Shown piece by piece: positions 55,009-64,000 of a stretch of 64,000 bases of DNA. Position 1 is the stretch's first letter; each line of letters begins with the position of its first letter. Position numbers and translations under genes: made by a program. The stretch lies in NCBI GenBank assembly GCA_963809875.1, contig CAWELC010000006.1:512591-576590 (forward strand), read 5' to 3'. Under the pieces are notes generated by a model that had not been told where the DNA came from, did not search any database, and worked only from the letters and a program-made list of their open reading frames with translations. The stretch comes from an uncultured delta proteobacterium (GTDB taxonomy: Bacteria; Desulfobacterota; Zymogenia; Zymogenales; Zymogenaceae).

Positions 55009-55906
55009 ATGCTCGAGCCGATCGCCGATTCGATTACGCTTGCCCGCGGCAAGCTCAACGGCCGCTTTCCCTACTCCCACTCGGTGGTTATCCAGACGGG
55101 GCCGCCGGGGCGGTGCTCCTGGACACCGGCTGCGGGGCCGAGGCCATCCGGGAGATCAAGAACACATATACCGATACGCGCCGTCATAAACTCCCACGGC
55201 CACCCCGACCACTCGTCGGGAAACGGGGCCTTTGACGGTTCGGTCACCGTCCACATGCCCGCAGAAGGCTTCGATTCGGGGGGAAACATCCGGGCGCTGG
55301 CCGACCGCCTGGCCGAGCCGGGGGAGCTTGCCGCCTACTGGAAAGACTGGGTCGAACGGACGATGGGATTTATCGACCGGCGGCCCGACGCGGCCTACCG
55401 GGAAGGTTCCGAGTTCGTCTTTGCCGACGTCCGTCTGGTGGCGCTGCACACCCCGGGCCATACCATCGACCACTACTGCCTCTGGGAGCCCGACCGGAAG
55501 ATCCTCTTTTCCTTCGACTACGACCTGACCCCCTTCGGCCCCTGGTACGGCCACCGCGAGTCGGATATCGAGGCCTTCAAGGCGTCTCTGCGCCGGCTCA
55601 TGGAGCTGGATATCCGCCTGCTGGTCTCCGGCCACCGCGACGTGATGACCGGGGGGATCAGCTGAGGGATTTGCCCGATACCTTGGGGTCTTCGATCGCC
55701 GGGAGGACAAAATCGCCGCGCTGCTGGCGGCGACTCCCCGGTCGCTGGCGGATCTCGTGGAGGCCGCCCCGATCTACGGGTCGTTTCCCTACGCCGAGCC
55801 GCTGCTGCGCTACTGGGAGGGGATGATGATCGAAAAGCATCTGACGGGGATGATGGGCTCGGGACGGGTTAGCCTCGGGGACGACGGGAGATACCGGGCC
55901 TCTTAG
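55009..55906 (+). pseudogene. MBL-fold metallo-hydrolase, three frame breaks (about 55095, 55175, 55660)
   Basis: AVLLDTGCGAEAIREIKNTY reads only in frame 3. INSHGHPDHSSGN and HTPGHT are in frame 1. The C-terminal 80 aa (EGFARYLGVFDRRED...GRYRAS*, stop 55906) are in frame 2. Confidence 0.75.
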
Positions 55907-55940
55907 CGGACATGCCGGTGGGCGGGCCCCGGTGGGAGGG

Positions 55941-57341
55941 TCAGACCCCTTCGGTCTTTCCCTTTTCGAGATACATGGCGCTGTCGGCGGCCTCGACGAA
56001 TTCCTCGACGCTCCGGCCCTCGGCCAACACGGCGATGCCGGCGCTGATCCCGATCTCGGGGACGCGCTCCCGGATCGCGCCGAAGATGCGGGATTTCAGC
56101 GCCCGGGCGCCGTCCTCAGTCGTGTTGGGCAGTATGATGGTGAACTCGTCCCCGCCGTACCTGAAGGCGCTGTCGACGGAGCTCCTGATCATCTGCTGCG
56201 TCACCCGCCCCACCTCTCTGAGCACGTCGTCTCCCTTCAGGTGGCCGTGCCTGTCGTTGTACTGCTTGAAGTTGTCCAGATCGAACATGATGAGCGACAG
56301 CGGGTAGGAGATCCTCCGGGCCCGCTCGACCTCCTGGGCGAGCTTCTCGAAGAAGTGCTGATGGTTAAACAGGCCGGTCAGGCCGTCGGTGATCGAGAGA
56401 TTCCGAAGGTCCTCCTCCAGGCGCTTGCGCTCGGTGACGTCTTCGCAAAACCCGACGATGTGAATAATTTCCCCGGCTGCGTCCCTGACGGGGAAGATGC
56501 GGTCGCGGATCCAGCGGATCGACCAGTCGGGCTGGAGGATCCGGTATTCCAGCTCCCGCTCCTTGCCGAAGAAGCTGTCCAGGGATTCCTTGACGGCGTC
56601 CAGGTCGTCGGGATGGATGACCTCCCGCCAGAGGTCCGGGTTCCGGTAATACTCCTCGGAGGGACGGCCGTATGTCTTGTCGAAGGCCGGGCTGACGTAG
56701 AGCAGCTTCTTTTCGCGATGGGAGTACATCCAGAAGACCTCGGGGATCACCTCGGCTATCGTGCGGAACCTCCGGTCGATGTCGTCCTTGGTCTTCTCGG
56801 CGACGTTGCGCCGCTTTATCTCGGTGTTGAGCCGCTCGTTTATCTCGATGATCTCCGCGGAGCTCTTATTGACCCATTTGCTGAAAAAGACCAGCTTATC
56901 GGTGGTCAGCTTCATCTGCTGTTCAAGCTGCCATTTTTCGCAGATGTCGCGCGCGAAGATGAACACGACGTCCTCGTCACCCACCGTTGCCGGGCGCAGG
57001 GAGCATTCGACCTTGACGGCGTGTCCGTCCTGATGGGAGAGGGCCGTCCGGAAGGCGTCCGGGGACCCGGCGGCCAGGACCTTGGCGGAGACCTTCCTGA
57101 ACGTCGACCGGGCCTCCGGCGTCAGCTGCGCGTCGAACGGATGATCGACGATCGAATCCCTTTGGCGGCCCACCATCCGGACGAACGCTTCGTTGGCCGA
57201 TACCACGTCCCCATCTTTCACGACGACGATCCCGTCGCGATTGAGCTGGTAGGCCGCTTCATCGGTTGTGTTGAAAGCAGGCATATCGTCTTGATCTCGA
57301 GCTATAGAGAATGAATATAACTTCTTAGCTGTCCGGTCCAT
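55941..57341 (-). CDS. PAS/PAC-sensor diguanylate cyclase (GGDEF)
   Basis: Two PAS-like modules, then DGLTGLFNHQHF...MFDLDNFKQYND...RYGGDEF. Confidence 0.85.
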   Translation of the reverse strand: MDRTAKKLYSFSIARDQDDMPAFNTTDEAAYQLNRDGIVVVKDGDVVSANEAFVRMVGRQRDSIVDHPFDAQLTPEARSTFRKVSAKVLAAGSPDAFRTALSHQDGHAVKVECSLRPATVGDEDVVFIFARDICEKWQLEQQMKLTTDKLVFFSKWVNKSSAEIIEINERLNTEIKRRNVAEKTKDDIDRRFRTIAEVIPEVFWMYSHREKKLLYVSPAFDKTYGRPSEEYYRNPDLWREVIHPDDLDAVKESLDSFFGKERELEYRILQPDWSIRWIRDRIFPVRDAAGEIIHIVGFCEDVTERKRLEEDLRNLSITDGLTGLFNHQHFFEKLAQEVERARRISYPLSLIMFDLDNFKQYNDRHGHLKGDDVLREVGRVTQQMIRSSVDSAFRYGGDEFTIILPNTTEDGARALKSRIFGAIRERVPEIGISAGIAVLAEGRSVEEFVEAADSAMYLEKGKTEGV

Positions 57342-57407
57342 CGTGATCCTGTCGGCGGCTCAAGAGTCGGGGCGCCGGCCTGTCGGCAAGAGCGGGTCCG
57401 GGCAGGG

Positions 57408-57671
57408 TCAGATCCTGCTTTCGGAGTCGGCCGACTGCATGAGCATGACGTCGACGACGGCAAGCTCATAGAAGGTGTACGCCTCGTAGATCTCCGGGGA
57501 TACCTTGCTTTCGTATACCCGTCTGCCCTGCTCGATCTCCTTTTCCAGCATGTTAAACAGGTTGTCGTTCCTCAGGCCCTCTTTTATCTTCTTTGCATTA
57601 TAAATGGTGATATCCGAGATGATGGTCCGGGCCAGTCTTCGGGCGAGGTCGCGATCGGTAATCAATTTCAT
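57408..57671 (-). CDS. Hypothetical 87-aa protein upstream of the GGDEF gene
   Basis: Intact ORF with ordinary composition and the same orientation as the GGDEF gene, 66 nt upstream of it; no recognisable domain. Confidence 0.5.
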   Translation of the reverse strand: MKLITDRDLARRLARTIISDITIYNAKKIKEGLRNDNLFNMLEKEIEQGRRVYESKVSPEIYEAYTFYELAVVDVMLMQSADSESRI

Positions 57672-58197
57672 CCGATATCCTTAAAAATCGTAAAAAAATA
57701 CACGCATGTATAAGGATAAAGCAATTCATGTGCCAAAACGGACAGCAGCTCCGTCAAACGGGCTCTCTTATCGTGACCTGCGCCACTATTTTGTCCTTCT
57801 TTGGGCCGATTATGTCTGAATTTTCGATAGAAAGAGGGCTCGCGATGAGCTTGAGGCCGTTGCGTTGCAGAAACGGGGAGGGTGTTGAATAATATACAAA
57901 ATTATGTCAACGAGTGGATATGTAAACTCATCATGTGTGGTAGTATAATGATATTAATATCTTAGGTTTGAATGGCATTAGCGGGCGTTGATGCACACTC
58001 ATTCGCAGTGTTTCATGAATGCAGCTTGCAACGCCCCGTGAAACGCCCCGGGAGGCGGCGCAGGCTCAGGGAAAACGGGTGGCGCATCGCGGGGTTGGAC
58101 GTCGCGATAGAGGCGATATGGGGAGCCGGCGGGGCGCATCGGCCCCAAGCGGGCCGCAATGCTCCGTATGCCCCGTGCCGGGCGCGCGGACGGAGCA

Positions 58198-59121
58198 TCA
58201 ATCGGTCGGGAGTGTTTTCAAGAAAAAATCGACGACTCGCCGGATATACGCGCCGCGGTCCCTGAAATAGGCGCCGCAGTGATCGACATCCGGCTCCTCC
58301 CAGAGCTCCCTGGGGCAGGTCAGGGCGTCGTATAGCGCCCGCTGCTGGGTCGGGGGGATGACCGAATCTCTTCCGGACACGACCACCAGCGCCCGCGCAA
58401 CGTCCAGGCGCCGCGCGTGCGCCGGGACGTCCAGCCCCCCGATATCGGACCGGAACAGTATCTTGCCCCAGAGCCGCGTGAGGGCCGGCAGCAGCAGGCC
58501 CCGCGTGAGGGGAAAGAGGCTTCCGAGCCGACTCAGGATGAGCCGGTCGGGGTCCTCGAAGGGGGAGTCGAGCACGAGGGCCCGGACGCGCCGGTTATCG
58601 GACGCGGTCAGGATCGCGATCGTGGCCCCCATCGAAAATCCTATCAGGCCGATCCGGGCCCCGGGCAGCCGCGCGGCGGCGTAGTCCACGGCCGCCCCGG
58701 CGTCCACGGCCTCTTGTCGGCCCATCCCCAGCGGCGCACGCTGGCTTTCCCCCCGTCCGCGGAAATCGAACAGCAGCACGTGAACGCCCGCCCTGCCAGG
58801 CCGCTTCCCACGCCGAGCAGGTCCGATTTGATCCCCGACCTTCCCGTGAGGCCGACGACCACCCGATTTGTCCGCCCCGTCAGCCACCACCCCGAAAGCC
58901 TGACGCCGTCGGGCGTGCTGAAGGAGACAGGCTCAAAGGCGACGCCCGTCTCGAACGGGGTGAAGACGTAGTCGTCGAGGTACGTCCGCTTCTTCGGGCG
59001 GCACAGGTAGATCGCCAGCGCCAGGGAGGCGGCGAGGTTCAGGGCGACGATGACCGCCGCGAAGGTAGCCAGGGTATCCAGGATAAAGGAGTATATCGGA
59101 GCGATATGCGTACCTCACCAT
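58198..59121 (-). pseudogene. Alpha/beta hydrolase with N-terminal TM anchor, frame breaks near 58795 and probably 59108
   Basis: Nucleophile elbow GFSMGA and VLLFDFRGRGES (ORF 58198..58890). The upstream part IYSFILDTLATFAAVIVAL...FSTPDGVRLSGWWLTGR...VVVGLTG is in another frame. The ATG 59121 assignment is tentative (no clear RBS). Confidence 0.6.
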
Positions 59122-59346
59122 CTCAGAGGAGAAAATAGCGCCCGGCAGCGCCGGGAATGAGTGTGCCCGGGACCCGGCCGCCGGGCACGGCGATTCTTCG
59201 ATCCCCCCCGCGCCCGCGGCACGCGCCCCGATCGGTTTGTCACCGATTATATCACAATTGTCCAATAACGCCCGTCGGTTTTCCGGCTCAAAAAAATGAC
59301 CGCGAGTAGAATTTGGCTTGACAAACGATGGGTAATATCATAGAGT

Positions 59347-59362
59347 TTGATTGACAAATCAA
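59347..59362. promoter_or_regulatory. Candidate TetR operator (6-bp inverted repeat) in the tetR promoter region
   Basis: ttgatt-gaca-aatcaa, next to ttgaca hexamers at 59318 and 59351. Confidence 0.35.
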
Positions 59363-59410
59363 TCTATATGCGAATCGTCTCGGCCCGACCTTGCTTTTAT
59401 CAGAAAAGAG

Positions 59411-60061
59411 ATGACACGCTTTATGACACAGAAACGAAACACGACAGACCAGACCGATCAGCTCGCCGAATACCCGGAAAAGACCGACCTCATCCTCGAC
59501 GCCGCCGTGAAGGTCTTTGCCGATAAGGGATATTACGGCGCCCGGGTCTCCGATATCGCCCAGGAGGCGGGGATCGCGTACGGGCTTGTCTATCACTACT
59601 TCAAGAACAAAGAGGATCTCCTCATCTCGATCTTTCGAACCCGCTGGAGCCAGTTCGACCAGGCCGTGAGAAGGATCATGGAGGAGAAGGACGACCCGCG
59701 CCAGATGATACATTCGATCGTCACGTTCCTCTTTCACTCCTACAAGAACAACCCGAAGATGATCGAGGTCATGATCCTTGACGTCGCCAAGAGCACCCGC
59801 TTCTTCAACGGTGAAAACATCAAACAGTTTACGGATCTCTTTGCCCTGATATCCGAAATTGTGCTCCGGGGGCAACAGCAGGGGATATTCAAGAAAGACC
59901 TCGATGCCAAGCTGGCCTCGTACTGCCTGTACGGAGCGGTGGAGCGGATCATGCTCCGATGGATATTGGAGGATAAGAAAGGCATCTCCGACCAGGAGGC
60001 GCGGTCGGCCACCGAGATGGTCACGACCATTATCCTTTCCGGTCTTGAGCAAAACGGTTAG
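59411..60061 (+). CDS. TetR/AcrR-family transcriptional regulator
   Basis: HTH GARVSDIAQEAGIAYGLVYHYFKNKEDL. ATG 59411 (59423 also possible). Confidence 0.85.
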   Translation: MTRFMTQKRNTTDQTDQLAEYPEKTDLILDAAVKVFADKGYYGARVSDIAQEAGIAYGLVYHYFKNKEDLLISIFRTRWSQFDQAVRRIMEEKDDPRQMIHSIVTFLFHSYKNNPKMIEVMILDVAKSTRFFNGENIKQFTDLFALISEIVLRGQQQGIFKKDLDAKLASYCLYGAVERIMLRWILEDKKGISDQEARSATEMVTTIILSGLEQNG

Positions 60062-60075
60062 CAGAGGAGGGTTTC

Positions 60076-61224
60076 ATGGATTTCTCGTTTACGGACGAAC
60101 AGCTTGCCTTCAAGGATCAGGTCCTCAAATTCTCTCAAAAGGAAATAGCACCCCTGGCGGAGGAATATGATTACAGGGGCGAGTGGTGTTGGGAGTCGTG
60201 GAAGAAGATGGGCGAGTTTGGGCTGCTGGGCCTCCACTTCCCCGAGGAATACGGCGGCTCCGGGGCCGACGTGGTTACCGCGTGTCTGGCCGCCGAGGCC
60301 CTCGCGGAGGGGGGCGCGGACGGTGGGTTGACGTTGTCGTGGGGGGCGCATACCTATCTCTCGGCCGATACCATCTTCCAGCACGGGAACCTCGATCAGA
60401 AGAAACGGTACGTGCCCAAGATGGCCACGGGCGAGTGGGTGGGGTGCATGGCCCTCACCGAGCCGAACGCCGGGTCCGACGCCGCCTCCATCGCCACGAC
60501 GGCGGTCAAGAAGGGGGACCGGTGGATCCTCAACGGGACCAAGATGTTCATCACCAACGGCCCCATCGCCGACGTCTGTGTCTGCTACGCCGTCACCGAT
60601 AAGGAAAAGAAGCACATGGGGATCTCGGCGTTTATCGTCGAGAAAGGGTTCAAGGGTTTTTCGGTGAGCAAGACCCTCAAGAAGATGGGGGTCAAGACCT
60701 CCACGACGGCCGAGCTCGTCTTCGAGGACTGCGAGGTCCCCGAGGAAAACCAGCTGGGCACGCTCAACAACGGGTTCCCGATGACACTCCAGACGCTCGA
60801 GTGGGACCGCTCGGCGCTGCTGGCCCCCTTCGTGGGGGGGATGGAATTCATCCTTAAGCAGTCCAGCCAGTACGCCAAACAGCGTGTCCAGTTCGGCAAG
60901 CCGATCAGCGAATTTCAGGCCATCCAGAAGAAGCTGGCCGATATCAAGTGTTTCATCGAGGCGGCCAGGCTCCTGGTCTACCGCGTCGCCTGGAACAAGG
61001 ATCAGGGCAAATCCATTAACCATATGGAGGCGGCCTGCGCCAAGCTCTGGGTGGGCGACTGGGGAATGCCCGCGATCTCGGAGGCCGTCCAGATTCACGG
61101 CGGCTACGGGTTCATGCACGAATATCCGGTGGAGCGGGTCTTCAGGGATACGAAGCTGGCGCAGCTCGGCGGCGGCACCTCGGAGATCCAGCGGTTTATC
61201 ATCTCCAGACTCCTGTTGGCATAG
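60076..61224 (+). CDS. Acyl-CoA dehydrogenase
   Basis: 382 aa; CMALTEPNAGSD, FITNG, QIHGGYGFMHEYPVERVFRDTKL, GGGTSEIQR. Confidence 0.9.
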   Translation: MDFSFTDEQLAFKDQVLKFSQKEIAPLAEEYDYRGEWCWESWKKMGEFGLLGLHFPEEYGGSGADVVTACLAAEALAEGGADGGLTLSWGAHTYLSADTIFQHGNLDQKKRYVPKMATGEWVGCMALTEPNAGSDAASIATTAVKKGDRWILNGTKMFITNGPIADVCVCYAVTDKEKKHMGISAFIVEKGFKGFSVSKTLKKMGVKTSTTAELVFEDCEVPEENQLGTLNNGFPMTLQTLEWDRSALLAPFVGGMEFILKQSSQYAKQRVQFGKPISEFQAIQKKLADIKCFIEAARLLVYRVAWNKDQGKSINHMEAACAKLWVGDWGMPAISEAVQIHGGYGFMHEYPVERVFRDTKLAQLGGGTSEIQRFIISRLLLA

Positions 61225-61233
61225 GGGGACAAA

Positions 61234-62404
61234 ATGGATTACGCATTAACGAAGGAACAGTTGGCCCTGCAGGATTCTTTCAGGAAGTTCTGCGAGAAAG
61301 AGATAAAACCGAACGCCGAGATCCTGGACAAGGCCGGAGTCCAGACAAGGTCGTGGAAATCCTCAAAAAGAATTTGAAGAAGCTGGCCGAGATCGGCTAC
61401 ACCGGCCTCTTTCATGACGAGAAGTACGGCGGGACCGCTAAAGACCTCGTCACCCAGAGTGTGGCGCAGGAGGAGCTGGCCAAGGTGTGCGCCTCGACCT
61501 ATCTTTCGGTCGGCGCCAGCGTCGGCCTGTGCGGAATTCCCATCGCCATCTTCGGCACGGAAGAACAGAAAAAGAAATACCTCCCCGGGCTGATCACCAC
61601 CGACCTCGTCGGCTGCTTCGGCCTCACCGAGCCGGAAGCGGGATCGGACGCCATCAGCATAAAGACCACGGCCGTCAAGAAGGGAAAGAGCTGGGTGCTC
61701 AACGGATCCAAGATGTTTATCACCAACGGCTCCATTGCCGACGTCGCCGTCGTCATGGCCAAGACCGACCCGACCGGCGGCAAGGGGAGAAACGTCTCCT
61801 CGTTCATCGTCGAAAAGGGGACAAAGGGGTTCAAGGCCGGAAAACCGATGGACAAGATGGGCTACCGCGGATCACCCACCGCCGAGCTGATCTTCGAGGA
61901 GTGCGAGATCCCCGCCGGCAATCTCCTGGGGGTCGAAAACGAGGGATTCATGCAGGCCATGAAGACCCTCGAGTACGGAAGGATCGGGATGGCGATGGTC
62001 TGCCTGGGCGTTTCCATGGCGTGCATGGAAGAGTCGATCAAGTACGCCAAGGAGCGCGTTCAGTTCGGGCGCCCCATCTCCAAGTTCCAGATGATCAGCT
62101 TCAAAATCGCCGACATGAAGCTGTTGACGGACGTCGGCGCGCCTGTTGATCTACAAGGCGGCCTGGCTCAAGGAAAACAACGATCCCGGCGCGGCCACCA
62201 TGGCCTCCATCGCCAAGCTCGTGTCCTCGGAGACATCCACCCAGATATCCAGCATGGCGGTGCAGATCCACGGCGGCTACGGCTACATCAAGGAGTATCC
62301 CGGTCGAGCGGCTCTACCGCGACGCCAAGCTGGGCGAGATCGGCGAGGGGACCTCGGAGATCCAGCGCATCCTGATCGCGCGGGACGTGCTGGCGAAATA
62401 CTAA
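61234..62404 (+). pseudogene. Acyl-CoA dehydrogenase (second copy), three frame breaks (about 61340, 62135, 62300)
   Basis: MDYALTKEQLALQDSFRKFCEKEI (frame 1); KVVEILKKNL...GLTEPEAGSD...FITNG (frame 3); LLIYKAAWLKEN...QIHGGYGYIKEYP (frame 1); VERLYRDAKLGEIGEGTSEIQRILIARDVLAKY* (frame 2). Confidence 0.85.
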
Positions 62405-62479
62405 CGAGCGGGAATCGGAAGTCCCGTCCGGGGCTGCGTGTGCCTGTCTGTCATATCCGGTGCAGCCTTCCCAGATAGT

Positions 62480-62509
62480 AAAAAGGGGCGACAAATGTCG
62501 CCCCTTTTT
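62480..62509. terminator. Bidirectional rho-independent terminator (ACAD / OMP paralog)
   Basis: A-run, ggggcgac-aaat-gtcgcccc, T-run. Its context resembles the terminator at 40546-40576. Confidence 0.8.
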
Positions 62510-62530
62510 CATTTCCATTCCTGATGCGGA

Positions 62531-64000
62531 CTATTTCATCGTCATCGGCTCGAGCTTGGGCTCGATCACGGGTGCGGGCGGCGTTACCGGAGGCGTCGCC
62601 ACCGGGCAGCCGAACTCGTAGGTGACCGAAAGGAGGCCGCCCCAGTCCCAGCCGTGGGACTCGTATCCCATGTCGAAGGGGCCGCCGTAGAAGAGCGCCG
62701 GTCGGAAGGCAAGGGGGAAGCCCTCAAGGCCGCTGGAGTCCCCGTCCATGTCGTAGTCGAGGTTATTCAGCGGGATCTTTACCATGCCGCCCAGCGCCAC
62801 GGAAAGATGGTCCATCGGCGTGAGGGTGAGGTGCGTGGAAAGCGTCAGATCCTGGTACATATCCCGGTCGTCCGCCGTGATCAGGAGCTTCTGGGGACCA
62901 ATATACTCAATGGCGTCGGTGAGGGTCGTGTATATCTCGCGGTGTCCCCAGCCGATGTCGTACCGTGCTCCGAGGTCGGCGGCCAGCATCGGGGAAAATT
63001 CCTTCTCATAAACGACGGCCAGAGACAGGATATCCCGGCGCTCCCTGTCCCGCCGGTCGAACGCGGTAAATGAGGGTCCGGCGGGCGAGTCAGGCTGCGC
63101 CAGTCCGTAGTTGTTCCTGAGGTCTCGGTGGGTGTAGGACAGGAGGCCCGAGAGGGTGCCCCAGCCGGCGCTAAACTTCACGCCCGCCCCGGCGCCGATG
63201 TCCCACCCGATGTCGTTATACTCGTACTCGATCGGCGGCGCTAAGCCATCCAGGCCGAACTCCAGCAGGGTGAACGGCGTGAAAAACCCCTCGGGGAATC
63301 CGCCTACTTTCCAGCCGAAATCACGGTAGTTGAAGGCGACAAACATCGGCACGGAAAGGGCGTCCGACAGGGTGAGCTCGGGGTTCACCTTCGCGCTCAT
63401 GTCCCATCCGCTCAGCTCGGACGAGTTGAAGTCCTCGGTATAGGCCATTTCGGGGTCGCGGAAGAGGAAGGTGGCGAGGTTGCCGGTGAAGCTCTCAAAA
63501 TAGGCCGAGTCTTTCTGGACGTCGCCCATGTAGAAGCCTGCCTCCAGCGAGGCGTCTATTGTAAGCATCGCCGACGGCTTCATCGATATCCCGAAGACGG
63601 GGCCGAGGCGGTAGTATCTCAGCACGAGGTTGCGGTCGATATCGGCGCTCTCCGTCCCGGTCGACCAGGGCGCCGTTGCTGACGCCGAAGCCGACCATAT
63701 TGCTTTCGTACCGGTCACGGGTGTAGCCGAACTTCAGCCCCGCGCCGAAGGTGACCTTGTCGGTAAAGGCGCTGGACACCAGCAGCGACCCGCTGAAGGT
63801 ATGGCCGTTGAAATTCTCTTCCGTCGACCCGTTGAAAAAGCCGTAGTCGGTTACGCCGAACCGCTGAATGTTATCGGCGAAGTCGCCCTCGCCGCTGACG
63901 CGGTTCCACCGGTAACCGAAGATCGCCGCGAGGTTCGCGCGGTCGTTGAGCTTGAGCGCAAACCCGACGTCCGCGCCCAGGCCGTGGGCGTAGTAGTCCG
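62531..64000 (-). pseudogene. Outer-membrane beta-barrel paralog of 40598..42361, 5' end outside window, +1 frame break near 63650
   Basis: C-terminus LLSVTYEFGCPVATPPVTPPAPVIEPKLEPMTMK*. The upstream part (DYYAHGLGADVGFALKLNDRANLAAIFGYRW...GVSNGALVDRDGE) is in the neighbouring frame and aligns with paralog 1 (GVALKLNDRSDLAVIANYRY...). Confidence 0.75.

Noticed and set aside
57672-58197. AT-rich intergenic region with a tataat hexamer and a gggcgttg...caacgccc long-range pairing, as a possible sRNA or riboswitch
   Set aside because: No downstream plus-strand gene, no convincing -35 element or terminator, and the internal pairing is patchy. The evidence is insufficient.
58644-59265. ORFs 58644..58862(-) and 58933..59265(-) as separate small genes
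   Set aside because: Both contain pieces (or shadows) of the N-terminal half of the alpha/beta hydrolase (GWWLTGRTNRVVVGLTG...). They are fragments created by frame breaks, not independent genes.
7906-63655. The frame changes as programmed ribosomal frameshifting or another recoding system
   Set aside because: No shared slippery heptamer or stimulatory structure at the sites I inspected. Both +1 and -1 types occur, some genes need three or four shifts, and unrelated gene families are affected. Random indels are far more likely.
1-64000. Search for rRNA, tRNA or CRISPR arrays, or for transposase or integrase genes
   Set aside because: I saw no regularly spaced short direct repeats, no tRNA-like T-arm/acceptor pairs, no rRNA-like segments, and no ORF with recombinase or transposase motifs. 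Absence is by eye only and should be confirmed with tRNAscan, Infernal and HMM searches.

Overview
High-GC (about two-thirds G+C by eye) 64-kb chromosomal segment, probably from a Gram-negative anaerobe. That reading is an inference from OMP beta-barrels, lipoboxes, a TAT signal and many Fe-S, radical-SAM, V4R, FmdE and CcdA-type genes; lineage cannot be verified here. I support about 60 protein genes and found no rRNA, tRNA or CRISPR array.

Layout:
- 1-864: tail of a hybrid histidine kinase.
- 1.0-10.8 kb: arsenic/thiol-redox island. It holds ArsR, split and full DUF318 permeases, small Trx-fold, DGC, FmdE and TauE proteins, ArsC, thioredoxin, a Trx-like protein, CcdA, a flavin reductase and Acr3.
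- 10.8-13.9 kb: minus-strand redox-stress cluster (DUF438-hemerythrin-PAS, HD, 4Fe-4S protein, Rrf2).
- 14.4-17.1 kb: V4R protein and a MoxR/VWA pair.
- 17.5-24.7 kb: tightly coupled seven-gene amino-sugar-like operon ending in nagA.
- 24.8-34.1 kb: ferredoxin, then a minus-strand enoyl-CoA/flavoenzyme cluster.
- 34.3-40.3 kb: lipoprotein, NagB-like, PHP, secreted protein and a TPP enzyme.
- 40.6-42.4 kb: large beta-barrel OMP, with a paralog at 62.5 kb running to the window end.
- 42.7-50.8 kb: D-aminoacylase, hotdog protein, M28 peptidase, GNAT, B12-radical SAM, CAP protein and an EFR1-type ferredoxin.
- 50.75-53.65 kb: AT-rich insertion array marked by three direct copies of the ferredoxin gene 3' end.
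- 53.7-62.4 kb: MarR operon, GGDEF protein, hydrolase, TetR and two acyl-CoA dehydrogenases.

Most notable observations:
- The tandem gene-end repeats bound self-promoted mini-cassettes, with no recombinase in sight.
- Both OMP paralogs carry a conserved Cys/Pro-rich tail ending in Lys after the beta-signal.
- A perfectly stacked 80-nt four-way-junction element lies in a convergent intergenic region.
- At least 20 single-base frame disruptions sit in otherwise intact-looking genes. This is probably indel error in the assembly, but it needs checking.
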